Source: a virus
Lineage: Duplodnaviria > Heunggongvirae > Uroviricota > Caudoviricetes
DNA: 64,000 nt
Virus record (IMG/VR): IMGVR_UViG_3300037455_000372
Location: 75,710 to 139,709 of that record
Direction: 5' to 3' (one strand)
The notes under the pieces were generated by a model. It worked only from the letters and a program-made list of their open reading frames with translations, did not search any database and had not been told where the DNA came from. Below are positions 17,190-27,467 of the stretch, one piece after another (position 1 is the first letter of the stretch; the number at the start of each line of letters is the position of its first letter). A program made the translations under genes and the position numbers.

Positions 17190-20100
17190 CTACGATCGAA
17201 ACGTTGGATATTTCCACGGAACCACAGTCGCGTTGGTCGGTTCGCTAGTAACATAAGTTTGGTTCTGCGGTATGATATAACCAACGGATGCATTTCCACC
17301 AATAAGCCTCATACTCGAAATGATGCTACCAAGAAGATTAGTAGAAACCCAAATTTCAGCACTGGTTTCACTCTTCGCTACGACATACATCGACATACTA
17401 GACAAGGTCGTCACCGAAGTCGGTAGCGTTTTGCTGCAATTTAGTACCACACATTTGCTATCAGTACCAACATTACTCGTAAAATCGATATTAAACGACA
17501 TTATAGCAGAACCGCTATACCCAACAGCCTGTACGAACGTCAGCACAAGCATTACACCAGCGGAGGCACTAGCCCTGTCAGGGAATGACACATTTGCCAA
17601 GTGCATATAATTCGTTCCAGCACCAGCAAGCGGCTTCAGAATACCAGCAAACTGGTCGGTCAATTTCTTCTCAAGGTCAGTAACGTCAACCAAGTAAGCA
17701 AGCTCTTGGCTCAAATAACCAATCGCTTGAGTAGGCTTCTTGTGGATGTCATCAGGGAAGTTGACATTCTGAACTTGAAGCTTCGGGTGAGGCAAGTCGT
17801 GGTTATTGTGTTCTTGGAGACCGCACGACACGTTACCCGGCAAGATAAGCTGAGCCGTAGACCATATGTTACCATCCTTAGCGTCATTCGTCTGGATGTA
17901 ATGCGTGTTCGAAATTACGTGGTATGCGCCGATATAGTTCGAATACGATTCTTCCGACGGATGCGAGTTGATCGCGTGGTTCTTCCACATAAAGTAGTGA
18001 CCCGGATATTTAATGTAAGCGGACACTTGCTTATTGTCGGCATTTCCCATATAAAAGTCCATCAAGCCGCGACTATCAGAGGTATCGGCGGTCAATGCGC
18101 CCATAGAGATGCCGTGAAGAGTCAAGGCACCATATTCGCCGTGGATGTACTTAGTCGTATGCAGCCTAATACCGCCAGAACCGTGAATACCGATGTTATC
18201 CAATGCCCACATAGTAATGGACATATCTTTGCCACCGCTACGAACCTGATTGTTGTAGAATTCGAGCCAGTTATTTTCATCGGAGGCTTCTTCCGTAGAC
18301 GAATCGTACTGCCAAGAACCGGCGTGAATACCGATAGCACCTTCGTGGCACTCGGCTTCAAGGAGAACCTTGTTACTGTTCGGATTCTTTTCAGTCGACA
18401 TCGGATGCGCGATAATGCTGCTTCGACCGATACCAAGCGCGGTATGCTCGTGAGACACACGAAGGACTGCACGAGTTTCATCAAGCTGTTCATCATCAAG
18501 GTCATACGCATAAACACCGGCATACTTTTCGATACCGTAGTTCACGTAGTCTTCGTCATACTTACGGTTTTCCTTATAAGACGCATCGCCGTGAACGTAC
18601 TGGGTCGCCGTCGAATAGTCGGAAATACCAAAGTTGATGTACTGAGCAGACGTGCGCATATAGCTGTAGTTCTTCGCCACCACAAACGCGTTATGACGAT
18701 AAGTATTACCGTCAATATAGCTGCTACCATTACCGATAATGAACAGTGGACGCATCAATTCAGAGTTGGACTGACCAGCGACAAACTGGTGTCTTCCACC
18801 AGCAACCGTATTGAAACCAAATGCAGCCGACGCATACGGACCGTCATTTTCCAATCGGATGAACTTGTTGAAATCGTTACATACAGGCAGCTGGTAAGTA
18901 TGACGACGAGCTACATAGCCGTCAGTCACTTCTCCATTGACACCGGGGAAACGGTTCACCGAGTTGTCAAACGTAACCACAAGACCGTAAGAACGCATTT
19001 CCAGTGCCGTCACCGTACGGTCAAGATAGTTGCCCATATTCGGGATGCCTTTATCGTTATATACGCGAGGACGAGACAGACGGACAAAGTCGCCTACCTT
19101 AATATCGCCATATCCGTAAGGAGCCGTATCATAGCCAGAGGAAATCCTATTCTGTCCAGAATGGAAACCAGACTGAGCCAACGTATCAGTCGTAATGAGA
19201 ATCTGGTTCGGACCGATAGTTCCATTTGCGTCCGCACCGTTGCCAGCTGCACCAGTCAGCTGAAGATTGTAGACACAACCATCCTCGGTCGTAAACGTAT
19301 CTACGCAGTCAGTAACCGTATTGGCATTAGCCGCCTTCACATAACGCTGGAACGAGAACGCATAGCCACCGACATTGTTATTTTCGTTAGCGGCAAAGCC
19401 ATACTGGCCAGTAACAAAGTTACCAAGACCACCGGCTATTGCGCCATAGATACTCTGCACGGTTCCCCAGTGGCCACCAAGGATTCCGCTTTCTTCGCTA
19501 TACACAAAATTGTAAGCACCACCAACGGCGGCACTATGCTTACCGTAAACTTGGTTATACAAGCCGTAGCTAAACGTATTCGGACCGAATGCATAAGAAT
19601 CAGTACCGCCAGCGAGGGAATTAAGGGTTCCAAGCGTCTGATAGTTGGTGTCACGAACCTTCGCGACTTCCGGATTCTGAACGCCGATAATCGTACGGTC
19701 TGCACCGATCGTCATCTTGTCGTCAATGTCGAAGAACCATTCTCGGCCTCCACCGACGTGCGACGCATTATCACCGCTGAAACCCAGTGTATCGAGCGTA
19801 TAATAGGCACGAGGGAACAGATAGGTTTCGAACTGGTCGAAATGCTTCGTAGACAAGTTCTCGTCGTAAATCGGCGTACGAAGGTTAATGGGAATCGGAG
19901 CACTGTTCGTGAACATCTTGGGGTTCACTTGGTTCTTGACCTTGTCCAGCCAGTACGAATCGTCGGCGACACCGACATCGGTCGTCGTCATCGTCATAAT
20001 CTTCGAGTGCTGCACGATAGCGTAGGTTACCGGGGTATCGCTAACCATTCCTTGGCCGTCGGCGTACTGCGCGTCCAGCTTTTCGCGGATAGTATCAAAC

Positions 20101-20321
20101 TGATCCTTGTCGAAACGAGTGTACTCCCACTCGGTATAGAAGGAACTCAAAAGGAAGATATCAGTCCTCGTCATCGTTACTTCCACACCAGCACGTTCCA
20201 CCGTCCAGCCAGTGCTGGAACCGGCTGCCATTACAGAACGGATAAGTGCGTTGAGGACACTTCGAGAGTTATAGGTCAGCGCATCCAGCTGCTTAGTAAG
20301 CTCGTGTAGATTCGTAGACAT
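17190..20321 (-). CDS. Tail fibre / receptor-binding protein
   Basis: 1043 aa; Gly/Asn beta-helix (YadA-head-like) repeats such as GKHSAAVGGAYN; FIIGNG...RHNAFVV motif; late motif at 20349. Confidence 0.75.
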   Translation of the reverse strand: MSTNLHELTKQLDALTYNSRSVLNALIRSVMAAGSSTGWTVERAGVEVTMTRTDIFLLSSFYTEWEYTRFDKDQFDTIREKLDAQYADGQGMVSDTPVTYAIVQHSKIMTMTTTDVGVADDSYWLDKVKNQVNPKMFTNSAPIPINLRTPIYDENLSTKHFDQFETYLFPRAYYTLDTLGFSGDNASHVGGGREWFFDIDDKMTIGADRTIIGVQNPEVAKVRDTNYQTLGTLNSLAGGTDSYAFGPNTFSYGLYNQVYGKHSAAVGGAYNFVYSEESGILGGHWGTVQSIYGAIAGGLGNFVTGQYGFAANENNNVGGYAFSFQRYVKAANANTVTDCVDTFTTEDGCVYNLQLTGAAGNGADANGTIGPNQILITTDTLAQSGFHSGQNRISSGYDTAPYGYGDIKVGDFVRLSRPRVYNDKGIPNMGNYLDRTVTALEMRSYGLVVTFDNSVNRFPGVNGEVTDGYVARRHTYQLPVCNDFNKFIRLENDGPYASAAFGFNTVAGGRHQFVAGQSNSELMRPLFIIGNGSSYIDGNTYRHNAFVVAKNYSYMRTSAQYINFGISDYSTATQYVHGDASYKENRKYDEDYVNYGIEKYAGVYAYDLDDEQLDETRAVLRVSHEHTALGIGRSSIIAHPMSTEKNPNSNKVLLEAECHEGAIGIHAGSWQYDSSTEEASDENNWLEFYNNQVRSGGKDMSITMWALDNIGIHGSGGIRLHTTKYIHGEYGALTLHGISMGALTADTSDSRGLMDFYMGNADNKQVSAYIKYPGHYFMWKNHAINSHPSEESYSNYIGAYHVISNTHYIQTNDAKDGNIWSTAQLILPGNVSCGLQEHNNHDLPHPKLQVQNVNFPDDIHKKPTQAIGYLSQELAYLVDVTDLEKKLTDQFAGILKPLAGAGTNYMHLANVSFPDRASASAGVMLVLTFVQAVGYSGSAIMSFNIDFTSNVGTDSKCVVLNCSKTLPTSVTTLSSMSMYVVAKSETSAEIWVSTNLLGSIISSMRLIGGNASVGYIIPQNQTYVTSEPTNATVVPWKYPTFRS

Positions 20322-20348
20322 ATTCGTTGTTCCAATACATTTGCTCGT

Positions 20349-20356
20349 AGTTTATA
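20349..20356 (-). promoter_or_regulatory. Putative late promoter TATAAACT
   Basis: Directly after terminator 20373-20396. Confidence 0.6.
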
Positions 20357-20372
20357 TGTTTCTAGGTGCTAG

Positions 20373-20396
20373 AAAAGCCAGTCTTTCGGACTGGCT
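20373..20396 (-). terminator. Intrinsic terminator ending the fibre/rSAM/GT transcript
   Basis: AGCCAGTCC-GAAA-GACTGGCT-TTT on the minus strand. Confidence 0.75.
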
Positions 20397-20402
20397 GGGT
20401 AT

Positions 20403-21533
20403 TTAGTTGGAATATTCGTACATTGGTGTGCCAAAACCGCCCATCATCTGCGACCCGATGCCGGCCGCCGAGTAATCTCGGCCTCTCTGGTACATCTCGA
20501 CCCTTTCCGGCATCATCGGCTGCATATTCGAGAACTCGGCCTTCTTCATAGCGTCGTTGTACATCTCAATATGGCGGTGACGGTCATAGATTTCCGGGTT
20601 AATCCACATATGGGACGGCCTGATGACCTTGTTGATTTTGAGCAGCTGGTCTAGGCACTTCGCGGCCATCTTGAAGTTCCCGACGGCGTACTGGTACTTC
20701 GCACGGTAGTAGAACCCCTCCGGACGCATAGGAAGCTCCTCGATCATCTGCATAGAGCGGTTTCCCATCGTAATCAAGTCATTCTGCCTCAGAGCGATGT
20801 CGCACAATGCTTCCATCGACTTGGCGCGTTCCTCGTTAAGCATAGACGGGAACTCGTCTACGGTTACCTCGTACCAAGCCTTGGCCGTCTCGAAATCGTT
20901 GATATCCCGTGCCGAATTGCCCAGATAGAAGGCAGACCGCTGGGTGTGCTGCAGCTTCCAATCCTTGAGCAAGGTCTTCACGTTTCTGGACACGTCTCGA
21001 TACTTCTTGAAGTTGTCGAACATAAAGCGAGTGGTCACCACTTGCCTGTCCTTGGAGGTATTGACCATATACTCGTGGATTCTGCCCTCAAAATGGGCAT
21101 ATTCCTTCGGAGCTATACGAACCCTTGGGAAAGCAAAAGACGAGTCCACACGGGTCAACAGGGTTATACTGGCGTGCGGTATCTTGTTGACTATCTTGTC
21201 AAACGCGTCCCTAACCTTTGGCGCGTTGACCAGTATGTCATTCACGTCCACCCACAGCACATAGGGACAAGAGGCAATCTTGATTGCGTAGTTCTTGGCT
21301 CCGCCGAAGTCAAAAATGCCGTCCTCGTCGTGGAATAGGCGGCCAACTTGTTCAAGCACGACACGAGAACCCGGATGGCGAGCCTTCCAGTCGTTCACCA
21401 GCTCGACCGTACCGTCAGTGGAGCCGGTGTCCACGATAACGTACTCGTTCACAAGCGGAAGAAGAGCGTCGAGACAACGCACGACGCTCGCCTTACCGTT
21501 GCGGACTACTAGGCATCCGCTCAATCCAGCCAT
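20403..21533 (-). CDS. Family 2 glycosyltransferase with C-terminal TPR repeats
   Basis: CLVVRNG, IVDTGSTDGT, DFGGAKN, FEGRIHE motifs; TPR-like AFYLGNS.. and GFYYRAK..; start re-assigned to ATG 21533 (AAGGA SD). Confidence 0.9.
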   Translation of the reverse strand: MAGLSGCLVVRNGKASVVRCLDALLPLVNEYVIVDTGSTDGTVELVNDWKARHPGSRVVLEQVGRLFHDEDGIFDFGGAKNYAIKIASCPYVLWVDVNDILVNAPKVRDAFDKIVNKIPHASITLLTRVDSSFAFPRVRIAPKEYAHFEGRIHEYMVNTSKDRQVVTTRFMFDNFKKYRDVSRNVKTLLKDWKLQHTQRSAFYLGNSARDINDFETAKAWYEVTVDEFPSMLNEERAKSMEALCDIALRQNDLITMGNRSMQMIEELPMRPEGFYYRAKYQYAVGNFKMAAKCLDQLLKINKVIRPSHMWINPEIYDRHRHIEMYNDAMKKAEFSNMQPMMPERVEMYQRGRDYSAAGIGSQMMGGFGTPMYEYSN

Positions 21534-21535
21534 AA

Positions 21536-22555
21536 CTATTCCTTGTTGGAATCCTCGGCGAAGTCGATCATCGGTGCAAGAGCATCGAAGACTTCCCAAG
21601 TGTTGATGTGCTCGCCGTCAGCGAATTCCGGAACGTCGTCCATAGTGACCAACTGGAGGTCAATGGTGACATTTTCCTTGAAATAAGCCTGACGCTCGGT
21701 ACCCATCTTCTGTTCGGCCTCGATAGCGTCCTTGTACTCTTCGATGAGCTTGCGCTGACGTTCCTGAATAGCGTTAAACTTTTCCGGGTCATTGGCAGCC
21801 AAGGCGCGGAGCTGGTCGTCGTTCACGATACCTTCCTCGCCAAAGATAGCCAGACGATTCTGGTCGTATTCGATGAACTTCGGGTCTACCGGGTAGGCTT
21901 CGTAGCAAAGCTTACGCTCTTCTTCAGCCTTTTCACGGTTATACTTGACCGCAGCATAGAACTTGCTGGACACGTTGTTTCCGAAAATCATCTCAGCCTG
22001 ATACAAAACACCGTTCATCTTGAGAATCTTTTCACGTTCGACCGTCTTGGTAGTCACCTTAGAAGGGTAGGTCACCATAGGTTCAAGCGCATTAAGCACG
22101 TACCAAGCTTTAAAACCAGATTTCGGGTCGATTTCTGGCAATTCGGAGCTGGAAATCTGGCGAATTTCGATTTCGAGGTCTTCCTTGAAGAACTCATTTC
22201 GAGCTTCCGCCATCTTGTTTTCGGCTTCGATGGCATCCTTGTACTCTTCAGCGAGCTTACGCTGGCGTTCCTGAATAGCGTTGAACTTTTCCGGTTCCTT
22301 TACGGACAGTTCACGAAGCTGCTCATCGGTATGAATGCCTTCTTCGGAAAAGATTCCGAGACGTTTCTGGTCGTATTCGAGATAAGTTTGGTCTACCGGG
22401 TAGGCTTCGTAGCAAAGTTTACGTTCTTCTTCGGCCTTGTTACGGTTACGAGTGACCGTGTAGTAGAACTTTCCAGAGATCGGAGCCTTGAAAATGCGTT
22501 CGGCTTGCTGGAGAATGCTGTTAAGCAAAAGGAGCTTTTCGCGTTTAATCTTCAT
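21536..22555 (-). CDS. Protein with a tandem duplication of a ~160-aa helical domain (possible tail-assembly chaperone)
   Basis: Repeats KFYYTVTRNRNKAEEERKLCYEAYPVD / KFYAAVKYNREKAEEERKLCYEAYPVD; the repeat is also visible at DNA level. Confidence 0.8.
   Translation of the reverse strand: MKIKREKLLLLNSILQQAERIFKAPISGKFYYTVTRNRNKAEEERKLCYEAYPVDQTYLEYDQKRLGIFSEEGIHTDEQLRELSVKEPEKFNAIQERQRKLAEEYKDAIEAENKMAEARNEFFKEDLEIEIRQISSSELPEIDPKSGFKAWYVLNALEPMVTYPSKVTTKTVEREKILKMNGVLYQAEMIFGNNVSSKFYAAVKYNREKAEEERKLCYEAYPVDPKFIEYDQNRLAIFGEEGIVNDDQLRALAANDPEKFNAIQERQRKLIEEYKDAIEAEQKMGTERQAYFKENVTIDLQLVTMDDVPEFADGEHINTWEVFDALAPMIDFAEDSNKE
21560..22555 (-). repeat. Intragenic tandem duplication (two units of ~490 nt)
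   Basis: Near-identical blocks, e.g. GTCTACCGGGTAGGCTTCGTAGCAAAG at ~21884 and ~22391. Confidence 0.85.
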
Positions 22556-22595
22556 AAGAACCCTTATGTATGTTATTCCTTCGAGTTAAATTAGT

Positions 22596-23249
22596 TCATT
22601 CTTTCCAAGAGTTTGGCATAAATATCCAAGCATCTTTGGCGGCCTTGCAATGAGGACAACAAATAGTGGACTTTAGTGTGGTAAATTCCAATGCATACTT
22701 GTCTGGCCACTCGGTATATTGAACCGGCCTAGCTTTGCATCCGACCGGATGTCCGTGTGGATCCATAAAACCACATAATTTGAAGCTATGCTCTTCATCG
22801 GGCAAACAATCGTCGTTAAACCCGATTACACGGTATTGCCAGCCCATTTTTTCACAATATTTTACCTTTTCTTCACTCTGAACCGTATCCACAATCAAAA
22901 TCTGGTCAAATGAAACCGGTGGATTATCCAACTGGTGAAATGCGGCGACTCTTACGACATTGGGGAACTTTTGTATAGGTATCTTTCCGTTAGTCTTTAC
23001 CAGCGTCCTATACTTATTAGACGACAACCAACTGCATAATTGATTGATCCCATCATACAAAGACGGCTCTCCGCCAGTCAGCTCAATTATCCAATCTCTT
23101 GGACTCAAATTTTTTCGAATCCACGGAACTAGCCGTGCATTAGTTAGCTTGAACTTGTCATTGTCGGTATTGCGATACTTTGCCATAGGGCAATGCCAGC
23201 AAGACAAGTTACAAGAACTGGTTAATGAAATCTGGAAAAAGTTAAGCAT
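22596..23249 (-). CDS. Radical SAM protein
   Basis: CNLSCWHC (CxxxCxxC), ELTGGEP, and extra C-terminal Cys (CGF..GC...CCPHC) suggesting an auxiliary cluster. Confidence 0.88.
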   Translation of the reverse strand: MLNFFQISLTSSCNLSCWHCPMAKYRNTDNDKFKLTNARLVPWIRKNLSPRDWIIELTGGEPSLYDGINQLCSWLSSNKYRTLVKTNGKIPIQKFPNVVRVAAFHQLDNPPVSFDQILIVDTVQSEEKVKYCEKMGWQYRVIGFNDDCLPDEEHSFKLCGFMDPHGHPVGCKARPVQYTEWPDKYALEFTTLKSTICCPHCKAAKDAWIFMPNSWKE

Positions 23250-26200
23250 TAGTCTCCAGATGTACGCATCGGGCTACCGCTTTGAGAACCGATATAGATA
23301 TAGAGCGAAGGGTCTCCATCTTCAGTTTCAGCAGCCAGATCTCTGAACAAGAAACCACAGCACGCTTCACCAGCAAGAGTAGCATAGACCATTTGGAAAT
23401 TACCACGGTGACCCATCATTTCCGATTGCATACGGTTGGTTTCAAAATACACGACCGGAAGCGTACCATTTCGAAGCATTTCATCAATCTGACTCATAAG
23501 GTCAGAAATAGTCACGCCAGTCGGCAGCGTAAATGAAGTCGTTTGCGTGTCATAGTTATATTCTTCCTTACCGATATTGATCAAGTTACTACCGCCGCCA
23601 GCCGCTCTACCAAGGCCAATGTGTAGAGTTCCGTCAAGTTCTTGCTTGTCTTGTACAACGAGCGTCATTCCCTTGAACGGAGAATCAACCATCAAGTGAT
23701 GAACATCAGAGACAGACGGGTTGTAATAGTCGTATATGGCGTCACCAGTCGTATCATATCGACGGTAACCCACCCATACACGAAGTCTATCGCTTGCCGC
23801 CGTGGAAATCGTACCGGTCATCGTAGATTCGCCAGCAGTATACGACACCGTCATCGTACCATATTCGGTATCGTTGACTTCGTTTCCGTTATTATCAAGC
23901 TTAATAGTATACAACGTCATCGTTATTGTCGCAGTAGCGTCAACCACTTCGCCATAAGGTAAAGTGTAAGTAAACGTCGTCGAGCCAGCCTCCAAATCGC
24001 CAGCATACACGCTTCCGGTACGCCAGAGATACGTCGTATTTTCAGCAGTTTCCGTCCACGGTCCAGTCACGTTTGTACCACGGATAACCTTTGTGAACGT
24101 ACTGCTACTACTAATTTGCGCATAAGCGATGTTGTTGTTGGTATTGAAGCCGTTGTCTATATGGGTATGATTTTCATTCGGATTAGTCATCGTATAACGA
24201 GATGTACCCACCTTCATCAGCATAAAGTTACATTCGTCAGTGCCATAACCACCCAACGCAATACCGCCAGTATAAATCATCGGCGAATTGCACGGTGAAT
24301 ACAAATCCTTAATCGTATATGCCCAGCCTTGGGAATTGTTTGTCTCAGCAAGTCTCGTCATTAAGTTAGACACTTCATTGCTTTCGACACCATACCAATA
24401 TGCGTGACCGTATACCGTTTTATCATCACCGATAAACACGAACTTATCTTTAAAGACAGCATCCTTGTATAATGTGGAAGAACTCTGCTGCGCAGCGATT
24501 AAATGACCAGTCGTCGTACTCGAACCCGATATACTCGTATCTTGGGTAGTATTGGTATGGCCAATCCACCAAACATTATCAAAATGACCGAACGGACCCG
24601 GCGTGTTATCACGCTGATATCCAATATCATCACCCAATGTGTTAATGAAAGAGTTGGTATATTTAATCTTTCGAGTACCACTCTTGTCACCCAATATAAT
24701 CGAATTCGAGCTGCCATAGCCAGCGTTCAAATCATCACCGAGCATCAGCATATTCTTGTAGTTACCCGGCTTGCTGTACAAGTTGGCGAAATATTCCGGA
24801 TTTGTATTGAAATCATCCGCACCAGTTCCACAAGTGTGGCCACCACTCCAAATGTAATTGCCGTAGGTGATATACAGCGTAACACCCCTTACGGTCTTGG
24901 TAATCGTAGTAGGGGTACCCGACTGGCCATTCAACATCGTAAGTTCACCACTTCCAACAACCACGATGTTTCGCTTGTAAACTGGGGTTGTTCCCGAAGT
25001 ATCGGTAGTCGTCCAGATAAAATCATCGGAGGGGTACGGCCAACGATCAGTATTACCATAGCGTTCATTAAACTCCTCGACCGTCATAATGCCGTCTTTA
25101 GCGAACGAATACGGCGTAGCAGCCTTGTTCATCCGGTTACCAATCATAATCACATTTTCAGACCTAGACGGAATTACACTATCGGTACCGGCAGCGTAAA
25201 TTCCACGAGCATTACGTTGCACCGTGTTCAAAGAACCAATGCTAGATACCCCAAACACGCCGCCCGTCACCGACGGGAAGATAGAAGTTTCGGAGTAATT
25301 TTGGGAATTCATATAGTACGGGTCCATATCGGAAGCAATGTCGTAGCTACCGATAGTTTGGGTTCCGCCCCACGTACCAGCACCAATAATCAAAGAGTCG
25401 TCAATCTGAGCGATAGCATTATTGCGGCCAATGAAAACCGATTCGCGAGTGCTACCATTCTTAAAATCGCCTTTATAAGCCGAGCCATCAATATCATTCA
25501 GCACGTCATTGTGACCGAGCGCAATCGTGTTCTGTGCGGTACCGTTTACATACACCGCAGAGTCGCTAGACATCCAAATAGAGCCGCGCAAATATTGCAG
25601 TTCGCCCGAACTACCTACGTTGATGATGCTGTTGTGGGAATCCGTCACAGCAAGGTGGTCATCATTAAATACCTTGCCATCGTACTTTCCTTTACCGCCC
25701 ATCAACAATACGTGAGACGAATCTTGGTCAATCAAACCATAATTCGACATATTGATGCTGTACTTACCGGCGGCCAAGCTATCCTTACCGAGAACCATCG
25801 AGTTTTCGCCGACAGTATAGCCGTTTACTTCAATCATCTTGGTAACGGTAGACGGATCGGTATCATCAGCGTACCCCTTACCGCGAGTCAAATATACCGT
25901 GTAGTTTTCATACTCAGGCATCGTATAGATACCACGGACAGCACCAAAGTTTACGTCGACACTATCCACGATATTACGCATATACGGGTGAGTATGGTTA
26001 CGGAAAGCCCACATATCACCGTCGTCACCAACACCGCAATCCGCACCGCGAGAGTTCAGAGCCTCTACCATATTGCGGAGGTAGTTGAGTTCGACACCCA
26101 ACGTAGTCACCGCTTCAGAGGTGCTTGCATTTGCAAGGAGCTGGTTCTTGTACCAAGTGATAGCATCATTCTCGTACAAGTTGTAGAAGATAACCGGGTC

Positions 26201-27403
26201 GTTCACAAGAGCGGTATCTTCTTGGAAGTTGACGCTGAAATCGATATTGAACTTGGTGAGACCGGTCTCACTCATTTCAATAGTGTCGGTATCGATAACC
26301 GCGAAAAGAATCGGGTCTTCGTCACCGTTCACTTCGAGCTGAACCTTGTTGCCGCCGCACTTCTCGTTATCGGCTGCGACCACATTGAACGCGTGAAGCG
26401 TAACCGGAACAGCATAAAGGCCGATACGGTTGAACTTGAAGCTAATCTTCGGAGCGTCAGGGTTGTTGATACGCTGGGAAGACATCTTCATATAGTCGGC
26501 AATGTTGATGCTGATCTTGTACTTTACAGTGCCGACTTTGGCATTGTCAAGGTTAGTGCTGCTCTTGCCAGCTTCGAGATTCTGGATATGGCCACCATCA
26601 CGGATAATCGTAGACATATCGTAATGGTCAATCGGGAAATACTTCGTTACCTTCGCCATATTACGGCAAGCCGGGTCGTGAGCGACCGCATAGCCTTCAC
26701 TTGACGACGGTGCGTGATAACGGTTGAAGTTCGAAATGGACGGCATCGCCTTCGTCGTATCGGCGAAATCACCACCTTCGGTACGTGTAGTCTCATTGGA
26801 CGCGCTCCAACCCGGTTCACCGGTCTTCTCAGAGTAGTTACGCATATCCGGCGTAACGGAATTCGCCACTGGGGTATCGTTTTTCGCTGCGTAGTAGAGA
26901 GGAGCCGGAAGCGGGAGACCATATTCATCGACTTGGATATTGGACTCGGCGTTCGACGGAGTCATTTCGCCGCCGACACCAAGGTAGGTACGGAACAGAG
27001 CATACTGAGACGGGTCAGATGCATCCTGACCGTAGGTAACTAGCGTGTTAATCTTGTTACCCTTGCTATCCGTAGAAAGCGCGTAGCGGAAAGACGACTC
27101 AATGTTCTCGGCATAAAGGCACTGCTTGTAAAGCTTTCCAGCTGCAGAATCCACGTCGCCTTCGTCGAACCCGGCGACCGTGTCCGCCATAGATCCTTGG
27201 AAGATGTTGAACAGTTCGTCACCAATAGGCTTGTCATTGACTCTAGGAACCAGAGTCACCATAGACTTCGAGAAATCTTGGCGATTCTCTTCGGGAATGT
27301 AAGCTAGGCCGTAATAACCAATCCAATATTGGGTGGTATCACCACCGGCAATCGAATTATTGAGAATGTCGAGACCACGGAGGGTAATAACGCTTCTGTT
27401 CAT
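23249..27403 (-). CDS. Long tail fibre / baseplate-fibre protein
   Basis: 1384 aa; N-terminal ITLRGLDIL...FNRIGLYAV fibre-attachment-like region; beta-helix-like repeats (NSIILG, SIINVG); late motif at 27436. Confidence 0.7.
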   Translation of the reverse strand: MNRSVITLRGLDILNNSIAGGDTTQYWIGYYGLAYIPEENRQDFSKSMVTLVPRVNDKPIGDELFNIFQGSMADTVAGFDEGDVDSAAGKLYKQCLYAENIESSFRYALSTDSKGNKINTLVTYGQDASDPSQYALFRTYLGVGGEMTPSNAESNIQVDEYGLPLPAPLYYAAKNDTPVANSVTPDMRNYSEKTGEPGWSASNETTRTEGGDFADTTKAMPSISNFNRYHAPSSSEGYAVAHDPACRNMAKVTKYFPIDHYDMSTIIRDGGHIQNLEAGKSSTNLDNAKVGTVKYKISINIADYMKMSSQRINNPDAPKISFKFNRIGLYAVPVTLHAFNVVAADNEKCGGNKVQLEVNGDEDPILFAVIDTDTIEMSETGLTKFNIDFSVNFQEDTALVNDPVIFYNLYENDAITWYKNQLLANASTSEAVTTLGVELNYLRNMVEALNSRGADCGVGDDGDMWAFRNHTHPYMRNIVDSVDVNFGAVRGIYTMPEYENYTVYLTRGKGYADDTDPSTVTKMIEVNGYTVGENSMVLGKDSLAAGKYSINMSNYGLIDQDSSHVLLMGGKGKYDGKVFNDDHLAVTDSHNSIINVGSSGELQYLRGSIWMSSDSAVYVNGTAQNTIALGHNDVLNDIDGSAYKGDFKNGSTRESVFIGRNNAIAQIDDSLIIGAGTWGGTQTIGSYDIASDMDPYYMNSQNYSETSIFPSVTGGVFGVSSIGSLNTVQRNARGIYAAGTDSVIPSRSENVIMIGNRMNKAATPYSFAKDGIMTVEEFNERYGNTDRWPYPSDDFIWTTTDTSGTTPVYKRNIVVVGSGELTMLNGQSGTPTTITKTVRGVTLYITYGNYIWSGGHTCGTGADDFNTNPEYFANLYSKPGNYKNMLMLGDDLNAGYGSSNSIILGDKSGTRKIKYTNSFINTLGDDIGYQRDNTPGPFGHFDNVWWIGHTNTTQDTSISGSSTTTGHLIAAQQSSSTLYKDAVFKDKFVFIGDDKTVYGHAYWYGVESNEVSNLMTRLAETNNSQGWAYTIKDLYSPCNSPMIYTGGIALGGYGTDECNFMLMKVGTSRYTMTNPNENHTHIDNGFNTNNNIAYAQISSSSTFTKVIRGTNVTGPWTETAENTTYLWRTGSVYAGDLEAGSTTFTYTLPYGEVVDATATITMTLYTIKLDNNGNEVNDTEYGTMTVSYTAGESTMTGTISTAASDRLRVWVGYRRYDTTGDAIYDYYNPSVSDVHHLMVDSPFKGMTLVVQDKQELDGTLHIGLGRAAGGGSNLINIGKEEYNYDTQTTSFTLPTGVTISDLMSQIDEMLRNGTLPVVYFETNRMQSEMMGHRGNFQMVYATLAGEACCGFLFRDLAAETEDGDPSLYIYIGSQSGSPMRTSGD

Positions 27404-27435
27404 ACCGAGATTTACCTAATTTCTTTCAAGAAACT

Positions 27436-27443
27436 AGTTTATA
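27436..27443 (-). promoter_or_regulatory. Putative late promoter TATAAACT
   Basis: 32 nt upstream of ATG 27403. Confidence 0.6.
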
Positions 27444-27467
27444 TACTTCGGTGGCGGAACAGCTCGC

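Noticed and set aside
17601-20309. Very long plus-strand ORFs antisense to structural genes (e.g. 902 aa here, 733 aa at 24503, 460 aa at 54328, 416 aa at 5141)
   Set aside because: They mirror real minus-strand genes codon for codon, show no motifs, SD or promoter, and are explained by avoidance of TTA/CTA/TCA codons in the sense frame.
9634-27403. Diversity-generating retroelement targeting tail fibres
   Set aside because: No reverse transcriptase and no template/variable repeat pair differing at adenines was seen; the only clear DNA duplication is inside 21536..22555 and differs mostly at synonymous positions.
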